Assembly (NCBI GenBank): GCA_964525635.1
Contig: CAZGJX010000012.1
Span: 1-51,307 of the forward strand
Length of the DNA: 51,307 bases
Reading direction: 5' to 3'
Origin: an uncultured archaeon
Lineage (GTDB): Archaea > Asgardarchaeota > Lokiarchaeia > Sigyniarchaeales > SOKP01
Each line of letters begins with the position of its first letter. Position 1 is the stretch's first letter. The notes under the pieces were generated by a model, which saw nothing but the letters and a program-made list of their open reading frames with translations, made no database searches and had not been told where the DNA came from. Positions 31,460 through 41,269 of this stretch are shown in pieces. Both the position numbers and the translations under genes were made by a program.

Positions 31460-34216
31460 ATGACTGAAACTACTGAGAATAAAAAACATAATAATAACCA
31501 ATCAGCTATAGAATCCTTAATAGATCAAGTTAAAAAATCAGCTAATTATTGCTATAATTGTAATAAATGTACAATAGTTTGCCCAATGTCTGATTTAGGT
31601 GTTTTTTTCCCTCGAAATCTTATTAATGATTTAACTTTCTTATCTTTAGATGAGGCATTAGAAAGCAATAATATATGGACATGCTTAACTTGTGGTCAAT
31701 GCAATCTATATTGTCCTATGACTAAAGATAAAGTTGGAGTTAACTTTACAAATATTATAAAAGAACTTCGTTCATTAGTCTCGGAGAATGACCAATTACA
31801 AAGTACTTTAACTAATTGTCATCATGAAAGGATATATTCTAATCTACCAAAATTAATGGCTGATGATAAAATAATCTTTACTAATAAAATGGGATTCTTA
31901 GAGGGAACTGGACTAAAAATCGCTAATAATGGAGAAATAGGTTATTTCTTGGGATGTGTTCCTTTTTTAAATGCTACTGCTCCTTGTGTTATAGGGTGTC
32001 CCGCTGGTGTTGATGTTCAAGGTTATATTTCTTTAATTTCTGAAGGTAAATTTCAAGAATCTATAGATTTAATAAGAGAAAAAAATCCCTTACCTTTTTT
32101 ATGTGGGAGGATATGTACTGCACAATGTGCACTAAATTGTAATCGTCAATATTTAGATGATCCTATAGCTATTCGAGAATTAAAAAGATTTGTGTCTGAT
32201 TGGGAAGCAAAACATCCAAATCAAAGTAAAATTAAACCCGTTGAACAGACAAAAGAAAAAGCCGCAATAATTGGAGCGGGCCCAGCAGGATTATCTGCAG
32301 CATATTTTTTAGCAAGAATGGGTTATAAACCAACGATCTTTGAAAAAGGAGATAAAACAGGAGGAGTTGTAAAATATGGAGTCCCTCAATATAGGCTATC
32401 TGATGAAGCACTGGACCATGACGTAGAGTTTATTAAAAGTATGGGAGTAAACATTATTTTAAATAAAACGTTTGGTCCTGTTTTTACACTTAAGGAAATT
32501 AAAGAAGAGGGTTTTAAAGCAGTTTTTATTGCTGTTGGATTATTTGTGCCACGTACATTAAAAATTGAAGGTGAGAATCTACCTAATGTTCATGTAGCAC
32601 TTGATTTTCTTTTGGATAGGAAATATAAATGTAATGAAAATCCAGAAGAATTTAAAGGTCAAACATTTGGAATCATTGGAGGAGGTGCAGTTGCAGTAGA
32701 CGTTGGTGAAACAGCAGTTCGTTTAGGAGCGAATAATGTTGATCTTGTGGATATTTTATCTAAAGAACAACTTAAAAATGTTTTAAAAGATTTGCATGAA
32801 GCCGAAAGAAATATAATGGAATATCATTTTGAAACGTTAACAACAAAAATAACTAAAGAACCTGATGGAAAATTAGCTTTAAATTGTCATAAAATCGAAT
32901 GGGGGGATCCAGATCCAATAACTGGAAGACGCCCTTTAAAAAAAATTAAAGGTTCTGAATATAAGATCATTGTTGACCATATTGTCACAGCTATAGGTCA
33001 AGGACTAGATATTGATCCAATAAATATAGCTACTGATAATATGTTAAAAATTGAAAGAGGTAAAATAATGGTAGATGAATTAACTTATGAAACAGGTATT
33101 CCTGGAGTCTTTGCTGGGGGTGATATAATTTATAACTCATTGATGTGTGCAGTTGATGCGATTGGAGATGGTCGTGAAGCAGCAATTTCTATTGATAGAT
33201 ATTTACAAGGGATTGATTTAAAGAAAGCAAGAATAAAAAAAGGTGATTTAAAAAGATCTCCTATACCAAAGAAATATATTCAAGTGAATTCTTGTCAAGA
33301 AATGAATTTTCTACCAGCTAATGAAAGACTTATATGCTTTGATGAGATGGAATTAGGTTATACGGAAGATCAAGCAATTAAAGAGGCAAATAGATGTTTA
33401 AATTGTAATTGTTGTTCTAATACTGACCAAATACCTGAAGATTTTGAAAAAGCTCTTGATGCTTCTGGTATTATGAATTGTAATTATGGAAGTCAAAATA
33501 ATTGGAATTCGATAAATGCTCCAGATTACCTAGAAATCCCTAAAAGTGTAATTGGAATTCTTAATCAGAATCAAACAATTCCAGTTGTACTCTCAAATGA
33601 AAAATGTTGCGGACATGACAATCTATGGCGTGGAGATATTGATACATTTGAAAAACTAGCAAGATATAATGTAAAATTGCTCAAAGATGCAGGAGTAAAA
33701 ACTATAATATTTAGTTGCGCTGAGGGATATTATACTTGGAAAAATGATTATAAATCTCTATTTAAAAGTGATTATTTCAACTTTGAAATTTACCATATTA
33801 CTGAATACATAATGAAGGAAAATTTATTGGAAAATATAATTTTTCCACAGTTAGGTAATATCAAGGTAACCTACCATGATGCTTGCAGACTTGGACGAAT
33901 GGGTGGTGTGTATGATGCACCACGGGAAATTTTAAAACAATTACCAGGTATTGAATTTATTGAAATGGAAAACTCAAGAGAAGATGCAAATTGTTGTGGT
34001 GTTAATGCTTATATTAACTGTAATCAGATAACTAAAAATATACAAGCTGATAGAATTAAAGAAGCTATTGAAGTTGGTGCTGACTATTTAATCACTACCT
34101 GTCCTAAATGTTTAACACACTTTAATTGTTATTTAAATGAAAATAAGGAGCTAAAAGAAAAGATAAAGGTTTTGGATATAACTAGTTTTCTTGGAAAAAG
34201 GTTATTCCTAGCTTAA
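31460..34216 (+). CDS. HdrD-like Fe-S/CCG oxidoreductase with an inserted GltD/NfnB-like FAD-NAD(P) module
   Basis: Two CxxCxxCxxxCP motifs, then YFLGC; APCVIGCPAG..CGRIC..GAGPAG..GGGAVAVD..FAGGD..EANRCLNC; then CCG, SCAEG, YHDACRLGR, CCG, TCPKC. Confidence 0.88.
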   Translation: MTETTENKKHNNNQSAIESLIDQVKKSANYCYNCNKCTIVCPMSDLGVFFPRNLINDLTFLSLDEALESNNIWTCLTCGQCNLYCPMTKDKVGVNFTNIIKELRSLVSENDQLQSTLTNCHHERIYSNLPKLMADDKIIFTNKMGFLEGTGLKIANNGEIGYFLGCVPFLNATAPCVIGCPAGVDVQGYISLISEGKFQESIDLIREKNPLPFLCGRICTAQCALNCNRQYLDDPIAIRELKRFVSDWEAKHPNQSKIKPVEQTKEKAAIIGAGPAGLSAAYFLARMGYKPTIFEKGDKTGGVVKYGVPQYRLSDEALDHDVEFIKSMGVNIILNKTFGPVFTLKEIKEEGFKAVFIAVGLFVPRTLKIEGENLPNVHVALDFLLDRKYKCNENPEEFKGQTFGIIGGGAVAVDVGETAVRLGANNVDLVDILSKEQLKNVLKDLHEAERNIMEYHFETLTTKITKEPDGKLALNCHKIEWGDPDPITGRRPLKKIKGSEYKIIVDHIVTAIGQGLDIDPINIATDNMLKIERGKIMVDELTYETGIPGVFAGGDIIYNSLMCAVDAIGDGREAAISIDRYLQGIDLKKARIKKGDLKRSPIPKKYIQVNSCQEMNFLPANERLICFDEMELGYTEDQAIKEANRCLNCNCCSNTDQIPEDFEKALDASGIMNCNYGSQNNWNSINAPDYLEIPKSVIGILNQNQTIPVVLSNEKCCGHDNLWRGDIDTFEKLARYNVKLLKDAGVKTIIFSCAEGYYTWKNDYKSLFKSDYFNFEIYHITEYIMKENLLENIIFPQLGNIKVTYHDACRLGRMGGVYDAPREILKQLPGIEFIEMENSREDANCCGVNAYINCNQITKNIQADRIKEAIEVGADYLITTCPKCLTHFNCYLNENKELKEKIKVLDITSFLGKRLFLA

Positions 34217-34348
34217 ATTTTAATTTTCATTGAATAGAAAATATATATAAAAAATAAGAGTTATAATAATTAATGGGTTCAATGAAAATTAAAATAAAAT
34301 TGAATTTTAATAAGTCATCATCATTCATAAAGTCTCTTTTTCATACAA

Positions 34349-34960
34349 CTATTCTAATTGTAAAATCGATTCTGAACTTTTTTGTATTTCTCTTCCATAA
34401 ATTTCAGCTAGTTCAAATAATTCAGGATTTCCATATTTAAAGTTAAAAATAAAATCTTCCATTAATTTTTTTAAAATATTCTTCAAATCTTTATCCATAT
34501 CCTCTAATAAAAAACAATAGAGGATATTTAATTTCTTACTTCTCTCAATCATTTTTTCAATATTCTCTTGATTTATTTTAGAAATACCTTGATTAACTCC
34601 TATTAATACATAGTCCAATTTATCTTTTAATTGTTGATTTATTCTTTCTATGTGTTTTTTCTTATATTTCTTTATATTCTTTAATTTTCTAATATCTATT
34701 AACAATAAAACTAAGTCTAATTTAATAGATTCTTCAATGCTGTTTAACATCTCTTTTATTGTATCATAAAAATCTATTTGCAATCTAAATAATATATCTT
34801 TAAAAATCATTGAGAATGTAATTATATCATTTGAACTTCTGTTATTATTAATAGAAATAGAGCTGATAGTATCTAAATGAGTAAAATTTCTAAATAAAAT
34901 TCTACTAAATTTTTTAATACCGATAACTACAACCCGTAGATTATATATTATCTTTTTCAA
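34349..34960 (-). CDS. Hypothetical protein, possible degenerate small-GTPase fold
   Basis: LRVVVIG (beta1), FRLQIDF, DLVLLLIDI and YVLIGVN spaced as in Ras-like proteins, with no GKT or NKxD. Confidence 0.45.
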   Translation of the reverse strand: MKKIIYNLRVVVIGIKKFSRILFRNFTHLDTISSISINNNRSSNDIITFSMIFKDILFRLQIDFYDTIKEMLNSIEESIKLDLVLLLIDIRKLKNIKKYKKKHIERINQQLKDKLDYVLIGVNQGISKINQENIEKMIERSKKLNILYCFLLEDMDKDLKNILKKLMEDFIFNFKYGNPELFELAEIYGREIQKSSESILQLE

Positions 34961-35329
34961 AATAATTTCCTAAATCTAATATATTGTATTATTTAATTTT
35001 TGATTTAATCAATACACTTCAATAAGTAATTAAATTAAAATCAGTTTTTAAAACTGCTGGAAAAATAATAAATCATCTACCATAAAATACTTTAAAAAAA
35101 GACTTTTAAATAATAAAAAAAAATTGTTCTAAAAGGATATTCATTATCAACTATATATTACAGAAATCTAATTATTCTTTAAATTCTCAATAGTTTGAGA
35201 ATTTGAACATTTTTCATTAATGGATGAATTTAATAATATTTTATTAGATATATTATTTAAGTACTAAATTAATTATATTAATAAAATAGAAAAATAGTTT
35301 TAATTAAAAAAATAAAGAGGAGTTATTAT

Positions 35330-35821
35330 ATGCCAAGAAGGATGTATGTTAAAGGAAAAAAAACCCATGCGAAAGGAGAGAATTTTGATAAAGATAATGT
35401 AGGTGAGGAGCGCGAAAGGTTTCAGATTGCAATCGATTTAATGTCTTTAAAAACAATAAAGGACTATGATATTGCGGGATGGATTGGCGAATTCTATATT
35501 AAATGTGATGGAGAAGATAAATTACTCAAGTCAAGATTTCCTGACCATGGGGTGATCAAATTGGCGAAGCACCAAACGTTTACTTCCAAAGCGGACATGA
35601 CATTATGGAGCCAATTTGAGACGATTCTTATCAACGAAGAAAAAACAGTCAAAGTCGAAGTAGAACTAAGGGAAAAAGACCATCTTAAAAAAGATCAAGT
35701 CATAGCTAAGGAAGAATATGAAATAAAATTGCCTCAACAAACGAAATATGTTATTTTGCAAGATAAGAATGAGAATACAAAAGCTAAATTAAGGATACAA
35801 TCAACAAGAACTCGTTATTAA
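35330..35821 (+). CDS. Stand-alone C2-domain-like protein
   Basis: L..IKDYDIAG..GEFYIK and VEVELREKDHLKKDQVIA match C2 Ca-binding loop patterns; strong SD GAGGAG. Confidence 0.55.
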   Translation: MPRRMYVKGKKTHAKGENFDKDNVGEERERFQIAIDLMSLKTIKDYDIAGWIGEFYIKCDGEDKLLKSRFPDHGVIKLAKHQTFTSKADMTLWSQFETILINEEKTVKVEVELREKDHLKKDQVIAKEEYEIKLPQQTKYVILQDKNENTKAKLRIQSTRTRY

Positions 35822-35895
35822 ATAATTCTTTTTTACTTTTTTCTTGATAATTAATAAATGTTCAATATTTCTAAACAATAAAGTAAGTGTTATTT

Positions 35896-36156
35896 TTATT
35901 TTTTCATTAATTCTTCAATTTTATCTAAAATAATATCTAAATTAACATTTTTTAGAATTTTGAAGCCTAGATCGAAAATCGAGTCAAGAAAATTGAAGAA
36001 TAAATCACTAGTACTTGAATTTTTATCTATTTTTGAAAATATTTCTTTCACTTCTGCTTTGTTTAGACCTTTAAGCTTTTCATTTTTAAAGTTTTCAGGT
36101 AAATCCATTGAATTTATTTTTGACTTATCATAACTTGTGTTTTGTTCATTACTCAT
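35896..36156 (-). CDS. Small hypothetical protein with amphipathic C-terminal helix
   Basis: 86 aa; FFNFLDSIFDLGFKILKNV; 25 nt downstream of the PlsC-like gene. Confidence 0.6.
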   Translation of the reverse strand: MSNEQNTSYDKSKINSMDLPENFKNEKLKGLNKAEVKEIFSKIDKNSSTSDLFFNFLDSIFDLGFKILKNVNLDIILDKIEELMKK

Positions 36157-36181
36157 AATACTTCAACTATTTATTTTATCT

Positions 36182-36862
36182 TTAATGACTAATTGGATGT
36201 TTTAAAGAATCAATTATTTTAATTATACCTTCAGCCAATTCATATCTCTGATCTCTATATTTATCTCTACTTATTTTTTTTTCAACATTTAGAGGAGATC
36301 CTATCCTCATAACTAATCCATTTACATTTACCATGTCTAAAATTTTTCCTTTCTTTGTGTATATTGCGATTGGAATAATTGGTGCATTTGCTGCAACAGC
36401 AAATTTTATAATTGCTGACATAGCCTTTATTTGTATATCATACTTTAATTTAGCTTCAGGAGTCATAGCAACGAGATCTCCTTTATTATTTAAATAATCA
36501 AAGACTTTCTCAATAGGGACTTTATCTTCTTTACTTTCTGTACTCCTAAACATACCAAGAGTTTTTAAGATTGGCCCAGCTACTTGATGTTTCATAAGTT
36601 TCGGATCTAACATGAAATGAATCTGTCTACCCGTTAATTGACTTATAACAAACATATCTCGTACTGCATTATCGCTAATAGTTGTTAATATAGCTTTACC
36701 ATGCATAGGGATATTTTCTTTTCCTTCTATTTTCAAATCCATAAAAGTTTTTAAACCTAAACCTGCAATTCCTTTTGTTAAGCCATAAATTAACTTGTTG
36801 AAATTATCTTTTCCACCAATTTTATTTAATAAATCCCCTCTTTTATCTTGAGCTTCAGTCAT
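36182..36862 (-). CDS. PlsC/lysophospholipid acyltransferase-like protein lacking the catalytic His
   Basis: IEGKENIP..G.AIL, IHFM, TPEA, APIIPIAI and RIGSP present; the NHxSxxD position reads ISDNAVRD. Confidence 0.75.
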   Translation of the reverse strand: MTEAQDKRGDLLNKIGGKDNFNKLIYGLTKGIAGLGLKTFMDLKIEGKENIPMHGKAILTTISDNAVRDMFVISQLTGRQIHFMLDPKLMKHQVAGPILKTLGMFRSTESKEDKVPIEKVFDYLNNKGDLVAMTPEAKLKYDIQIKAMSAIIKFAVAANAPIIPIAIYTKKGKILDMVNVNGLVMRIGSPLNVEKKISRDKYRDQRYELAEGIIKIIDSLKHPISH

Positions 36863-36876
36863 TTTTTTAGTCTTCC

Positions 36877-37080
36877 TTATAATTTATATATAAAATCATT
36901 AACTTCTTCCATTCTTTTTTCATAATATTCCTTTAATTCTTTCTCAGATACAAATGTTGGAATGATTTTTTCAGTAAACACATCGAATACTGTTGAAAGT
37001 TTAAACCTATGTTTAGCAGTTTCGATTACTTCTTCTCCAATATTTTTTAATTGTTTTAAAATATCCTTAAAATCTTCCAT
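36877..37080 (-). CDS. Small helical hypothetical protein
   Basis: 67 aa, amphipathic, 14 nt upstream of the PlsC-like start. Confidence 0.65.
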   Translation of the reverse strand: MEDFKDILKQLKNIGEEVIETAKHRFKLSTVFDVFTEKIIPTFVSEKELKEYYEKRMEEVNDFIYKL

Positions 37081-37352
37081 CGTTCTTATAAAAATTATTT
37101 TTTGCTTTAAAGATTCTATTTACTAATTTTGAATATTAAAGTATTTATTCTAATCAAAATAAAAACATGTTAGTTTAAAAAGATTCTAATACAATTCAAA
37201 GTATTATAAATTTCTATGAATATTAATTAATAATTCCTCATTGAACTTTTACAAAAAAAAAACCAATAACCTACTAAAATTATTTTTCTTTTTACTAAGT
37301 TCGCAATTTTTATATTCTTTTTTAACTTACAATTTTTAATAATTATCTATTT

Positions 37353-37913
37353 GTGATAAATATGAAGAAGAAAGAATTAAATCAATTATTATTTTTAGTT
37401 GTAGTTATTTATGCTATTACAATAGTGATAGCTATCGTGATATTTATTGGTTTTTCCGATTTTACTAATTCATTTTTTAGTCTAATTCCTTTTATTGTTG
37501 CTATTCCTGCTGCTTTATTAACAAGGGGTTTCCAGAGAAGATCAAGTTATATTAATACGTTAAGAGACATTTGGCCTAATATAGTAAAATCTGGTAGAAA
37601 AGCCATTGAATACACACTGATTGCGAATCCAACTGAAGAACAATATGGAGATGTCATGTTATCTTTAGCTGTTTCAATTGATCATATTCGAATGTTATTT
37701 AAGAATGTTGGAGGATTTTATCCTGTGGAAAGTATGAAGACAATTTATCAAGAATTTGACTTAATAAGAGATACATTAAAATTTAAGAATCCAGTTAATG
37801 CTCATGATAGAATTGAAGCATTTTGGCACCAAGCAAGAGATTCAATATTAGCTGAATTTGATAGAGTTGTACCAACAAGATATGATGCTCCTGAATTTTT
37901 AGAAGAAGATTAA
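37353..37913 (+). CDS. Hypothetical protein with two N-terminal TM helices and a soluble helical domain
   Basis: LIPFIVAIPAALL..FQRRSSY...FYPVE...EFDR. Confidence 0.75.
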   Translation: MINMKKKELNQLLFLVVVIYAITIVIAIVIFIGFSDFTNSFFSLIPFIVAIPAALLTRGFQRRSSYINTLRDIWPNIVKSGRKAIEYTLIANPTEEQYGDVMLSLAVSIDHIRMLFKNVGGFYPVESMKTIYQEFDLIRDTLKFKNPVNAHDRIEAFWHQARDSILAEFDRVVPTRYDAPEFLEED

Positions 37914-38263
37914 AATAATTTAAACTTAAAAAGAGTTTTTTTCCCCTTTTTTTTTGTTTTTATCCTTTTTATTTATATAAGTATCTATAAAATTAAGTAG
38001 AATTTATTATTTAATAAATAAACTTTAATAACCATGAACTGAGTCAAATAATAAGAAATATTTACTAATAATCATATTAAGCACATTATTAGCACTAAAA
38101 TATTAGTATTGGGTGATTATATCAAAGATATTTATACTAATAATATATAAGGGTGAATTTAAAGGATTTTTTATTAAAAATATTTAAATATATTGTTTTA
38201 ATTATAATTAATATAATTTTAAATTCTTATTCATAAATTTTAAAATAAGGAATAAATATAAAA

Positions 38264-38806
38264 ATGGAAACAGAGGAATATTCTCTACTCACTGGTTATA
38301 TAGCCGATACTGATAAATTGAATGAGATGCTGAAACAGAATACAACATTTAAATTTAAAATAGGAACAGATTTTGGAGGATTTATCTTTTTAGGAATTGT
38401 AGTATATTTTATTATAGGTATGATTACAATTGGTGGAGGAATTATGGTTTCAAGCAGACAAAGTTTTCCCAATGGCTCAATTATTTTGATTATACTGGGC
38501 GTATTCGCTATTATCGTTGCGTAAATAATCATATATTATATCCTTAAATATTTTGAAGGAGGAGGGTGGATCATTATTTCACTGGAATATATTTCTTGGG
38601 GTAATAAAACTATCGTCTATTTCACCAAAATATTTAAGATTGAACATAGAAAAACTGATAAACATTATATCCGTATTTCCACGAAGGAAGGTAAGATTAT
38701 AGGCAAATCCATACAACAAATCTGGATTCCTGGGCCCTTAAAATCCCCGATAGCCATCCCAGCAATTGTGGATTTCTACTATGATCGAAGTAAAGTTAAT
38801 ACCTAA
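38264..38806 (+). pseudogene. 2-TM membrane protein with an in-frame TAA at 38522-38524
   Basis: The frame stays open for about 93 codons after the stop (IIVA*IIIYYILKYFEGGGW...), and the stop lies inside a TM helix. Confidence 0.7.
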
Positions 38807-39109
38807 TTATGTAAATACCAGAGGATAATTATCTTTTTTTTTTATTTTACTAAAAAAAATAATAATTTCATTTCCAACACAAGAATTTGAAAGTTAAGAT
38901 ATTTACTGAAATAGAGGTTAATAAAAATTAAAGAAATAAAAATTTCAATTATTCCAACTTAAGGAGCTTTTTCCAGATTCTTCTTAATCATATATATTGT
39001 TGATATTTTTAACAAATTTTTTATTTTCTTTTATTTTAATGTATTTAGTTTTTATTTTAATGATTATAGATTAATCATTAGGATTTATATAAAAAAATAA
39101 TGATACAAT

Positions 39110-39721
39110 ATGGGATTGAGATTAAAATATAGAATAATATTAAAGTTACTTAAAATATGTTTTCCAGATATATATTCTTATTTATATAAAGAAAGTGCAA
39201 AAGGAAATTTTTATATTAAAGAACTTACTGTACAAAATATTCGCAAAACACCAAGACCTTCAGTTTTATTTGCTAAATCTAATTTAAAAAAATGTGAAAA
39301 TGCTATTGAAATAGGAACAAATAAAGGATTTAATGCTATTTCTATATTTAAACAGCTAAACCCAGCCCAATTATATTTAGTTGATCCTTGGAAAAATAAA
39401 AAAGTATATAATATTGTTAAAAATAGATTTAAAAATTATAATAATGTTCATTTTATTAAGCAACCTTCTATGAATGCCTTCTCTAATTTTTCTGATAATT
39501 ATTTTGATTTTATCTATATTGATGCTTTGCATAATTACGATAGTGTATTTGAAGATTTAACATCATAGTATCCTAAATTAAAAGTAAATGGAATCTTTTC
39601 TGGACACGATATTCATAATAAGCATGTAAAAGATGCTGTATTAGATTTTATTGAAAAATATAAGTTAAAAGTAGATTTAAAATTAGATTTTCCTGTAGAT
39701 TGGTATTTCATTAAAAAATAA
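39110..39721 (+). pseudogene. Class I SAM methyltransferase (Methyltransf_24-like) with an in-frame TAG at 39566-39568
   Basis: IEIGT..G, LVDPW, FDFIYIDALH.Y..V..DL..*YPKLK.NG..SGHD; the stop is at the family's usual Trp position. Confidence 0.87.
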
Positions 39722-39864
39722 AAAAGAAATTTAAATTTTAAAAAAATTAAAATACAAATATAATAATACAATCCTTTAGATATGGTTATAAACGATCTAT
39801 TTAACCCAATTTATGAAGAAAAAGAAAAATATTCTCCCAAAATCTATAATATAATAGGGATATC

Positions 39865-40896
39865 TTAAAATACATCCCACTTATTACATCTACTACCCCA
39901 TCTTGCCACAACTTCATTCTCTTTTTCCGGCATTTTAACCTGAACGATTTCACAATTATTAGGACAATCTCCACAGTGGAAAGAGGAAGTTTTAAACACT
40001 ATATCTGAAGTGTTTAAACCTCGGAAATTTGTTTCATGTTCGTGTTCAATATAATAATCTCTAGCAAGAATTGCCATTCCTAATGCACCCATTAAAACAT
40101 TATACTTTGGTACAATAACTTTACACTCTAAATGACGCTCAAAAGCTTGAACAATCCCTTTATTATAAGAAACTCCTCCTTGGAATACAACAGGATCATC
40201 TAAATCTTTACCTTTAGATAGATTATTCAGATAATTTCTAACCAAAGAATCACAAAGTCCTGCAATGATATCTTCTCGAGGATGCCCTGCATTTTGTTTA
40301 TGTATCATATCTGACTCAGCAAAAACAGTACATCTCCCTGCTATCGAAACAGGATTATTTGATTTTATTGCATAATCTCCAAATTCTTCAATAGGAATTC
40401 CTAGTCTTGTAGCTTGATGATCTAAAAAAGATCCTGTCCCAGCCGCACATACAGAATTCATTGCAAAATCAATTATTATTCCATCCCTCAATAGAATAAT
40501 TTTACTATCTTGCCCTCCTATTTCTAAGATAGTTCTAACATTAGGATACATAGATTGAGTTGCAACGGCATGAGCTATAATTTCAGTTTTTGCTAAATCG
40601 CCACCTACAACTGCTTTTGTTAAATATCTTGCTGATCCAGTTGTTCCACATGATTTTATTTCATATTGCTGTAGATCTTCGTTTTCTTCTATATGTGTTC
40701 GTAGTTTAGCGATACCATTTTTTACAACATCTATCGGAGAGCCCTTATTTCTAAGGAAGACATGACTTAATACATTCCCATCAGTATTTATTAATACAAA
40801 TTTGCAACTAACTGATCCAACATCTATCCCAAGGAAAGCATCTTGTTTAATAATTTCCTTATAATCTTCTGATATTTCTCCTTTTGGCTCAATCAT
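39865..40896 (-). CDS. 2-hydroxyacyl-CoA dehydratase activase (BadF/BadG/BcrA/BcrD ATPase)
   Basis: GIDVGSVS, TTGS, EIGGQDSK, MNSVCAAGTGSFL, RCTVFAESD, C-terminal CGDCPNNC...RC. Confidence 0.93.
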   Translation of the reverse strand: MIEPKGEISEDYKEIIKQDAFLGIDVGSVSCKFVLINTDGNVLSHVFLRNKGSPIDVVKNGIAKLRTHIEENEDLQQYEIKSCGTTGSARYLTKAVVGGDLAKTEIIAHAVATQSMYPNVRTILEIGGQDSKIILLRDGIIIDFAMNSVCAAGTGSFLDHQATRLGIPIEEFGDYAIKSNNPVSIAGRCTVFAESDMIHKQNAGHPREDIIAGLCDSLVRNYLNNLSKGKDLDDPVVFQGGVSYNKGIVQAFERHLECKVIVPKYNVLMGALGMAILARDYYIEHEHETNFRGLNTSDIVFKTSSFHCGDCPNNCEIVQVKMPEKENEVVARWGSRCNKWDVF

Positions 40897-41144
40897 ATAG
40901 TTTTTATCTCATTAAATTTAAAAGATTATCTTATCTAATTCGGTAGTAATTAATAAGAAAGATTCAAAATTAATTAATTATCTGTTTATATAAAACAATT
41001 ATAAAAAATATATAAAGAAAATCAATCATAACCGAATATATAAATTATTAAATTCTTTAAATTATAAAAAATCCATTATACAAACTGGAATTTACTAATT
41101 TTCAATAAAAAAAAGGAAAAAAAATCAAAAAAAGTGGTTTTTAT

Positions 41145-41255
41145 TTAACTCTTAACATGTAATGATTCTTTTAATTCTTCTGCTAATTACCCTAATTTGT
41201 GAGTTATTGCTGAAATCTCTTGCATTAATGCTATTTATTCCTCAGATGAGGCATT
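41145..41255 (-). pseudogene. C-terminal remnant of a methyl-accepting chemotaxis protein
   Basis: NASSEE*IALMQEISAITHKLG*LAEELKESL matches the MCP methylation helix pattern ASSEEQxASMQEI...LxxLAEEL. Confidence 0.65.
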
Positions 41256-41269
41256 TTTTTCTTTTTTTC

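Noticed and set aside
36182-37080. Single gene split by a stop
   Set aside because: The 14-nt gap is out of frame and contains an SD-like purine tract, consistent with two genes.
21975-39568. Global TAG/TGA reassignment or pyrrolysine
   Set aside because: All three stop types interrupt genes, frameshifts co-occur, and many intact genes end normally in TAG (3683, 4452, 8356) or TGA (17630, 26667).
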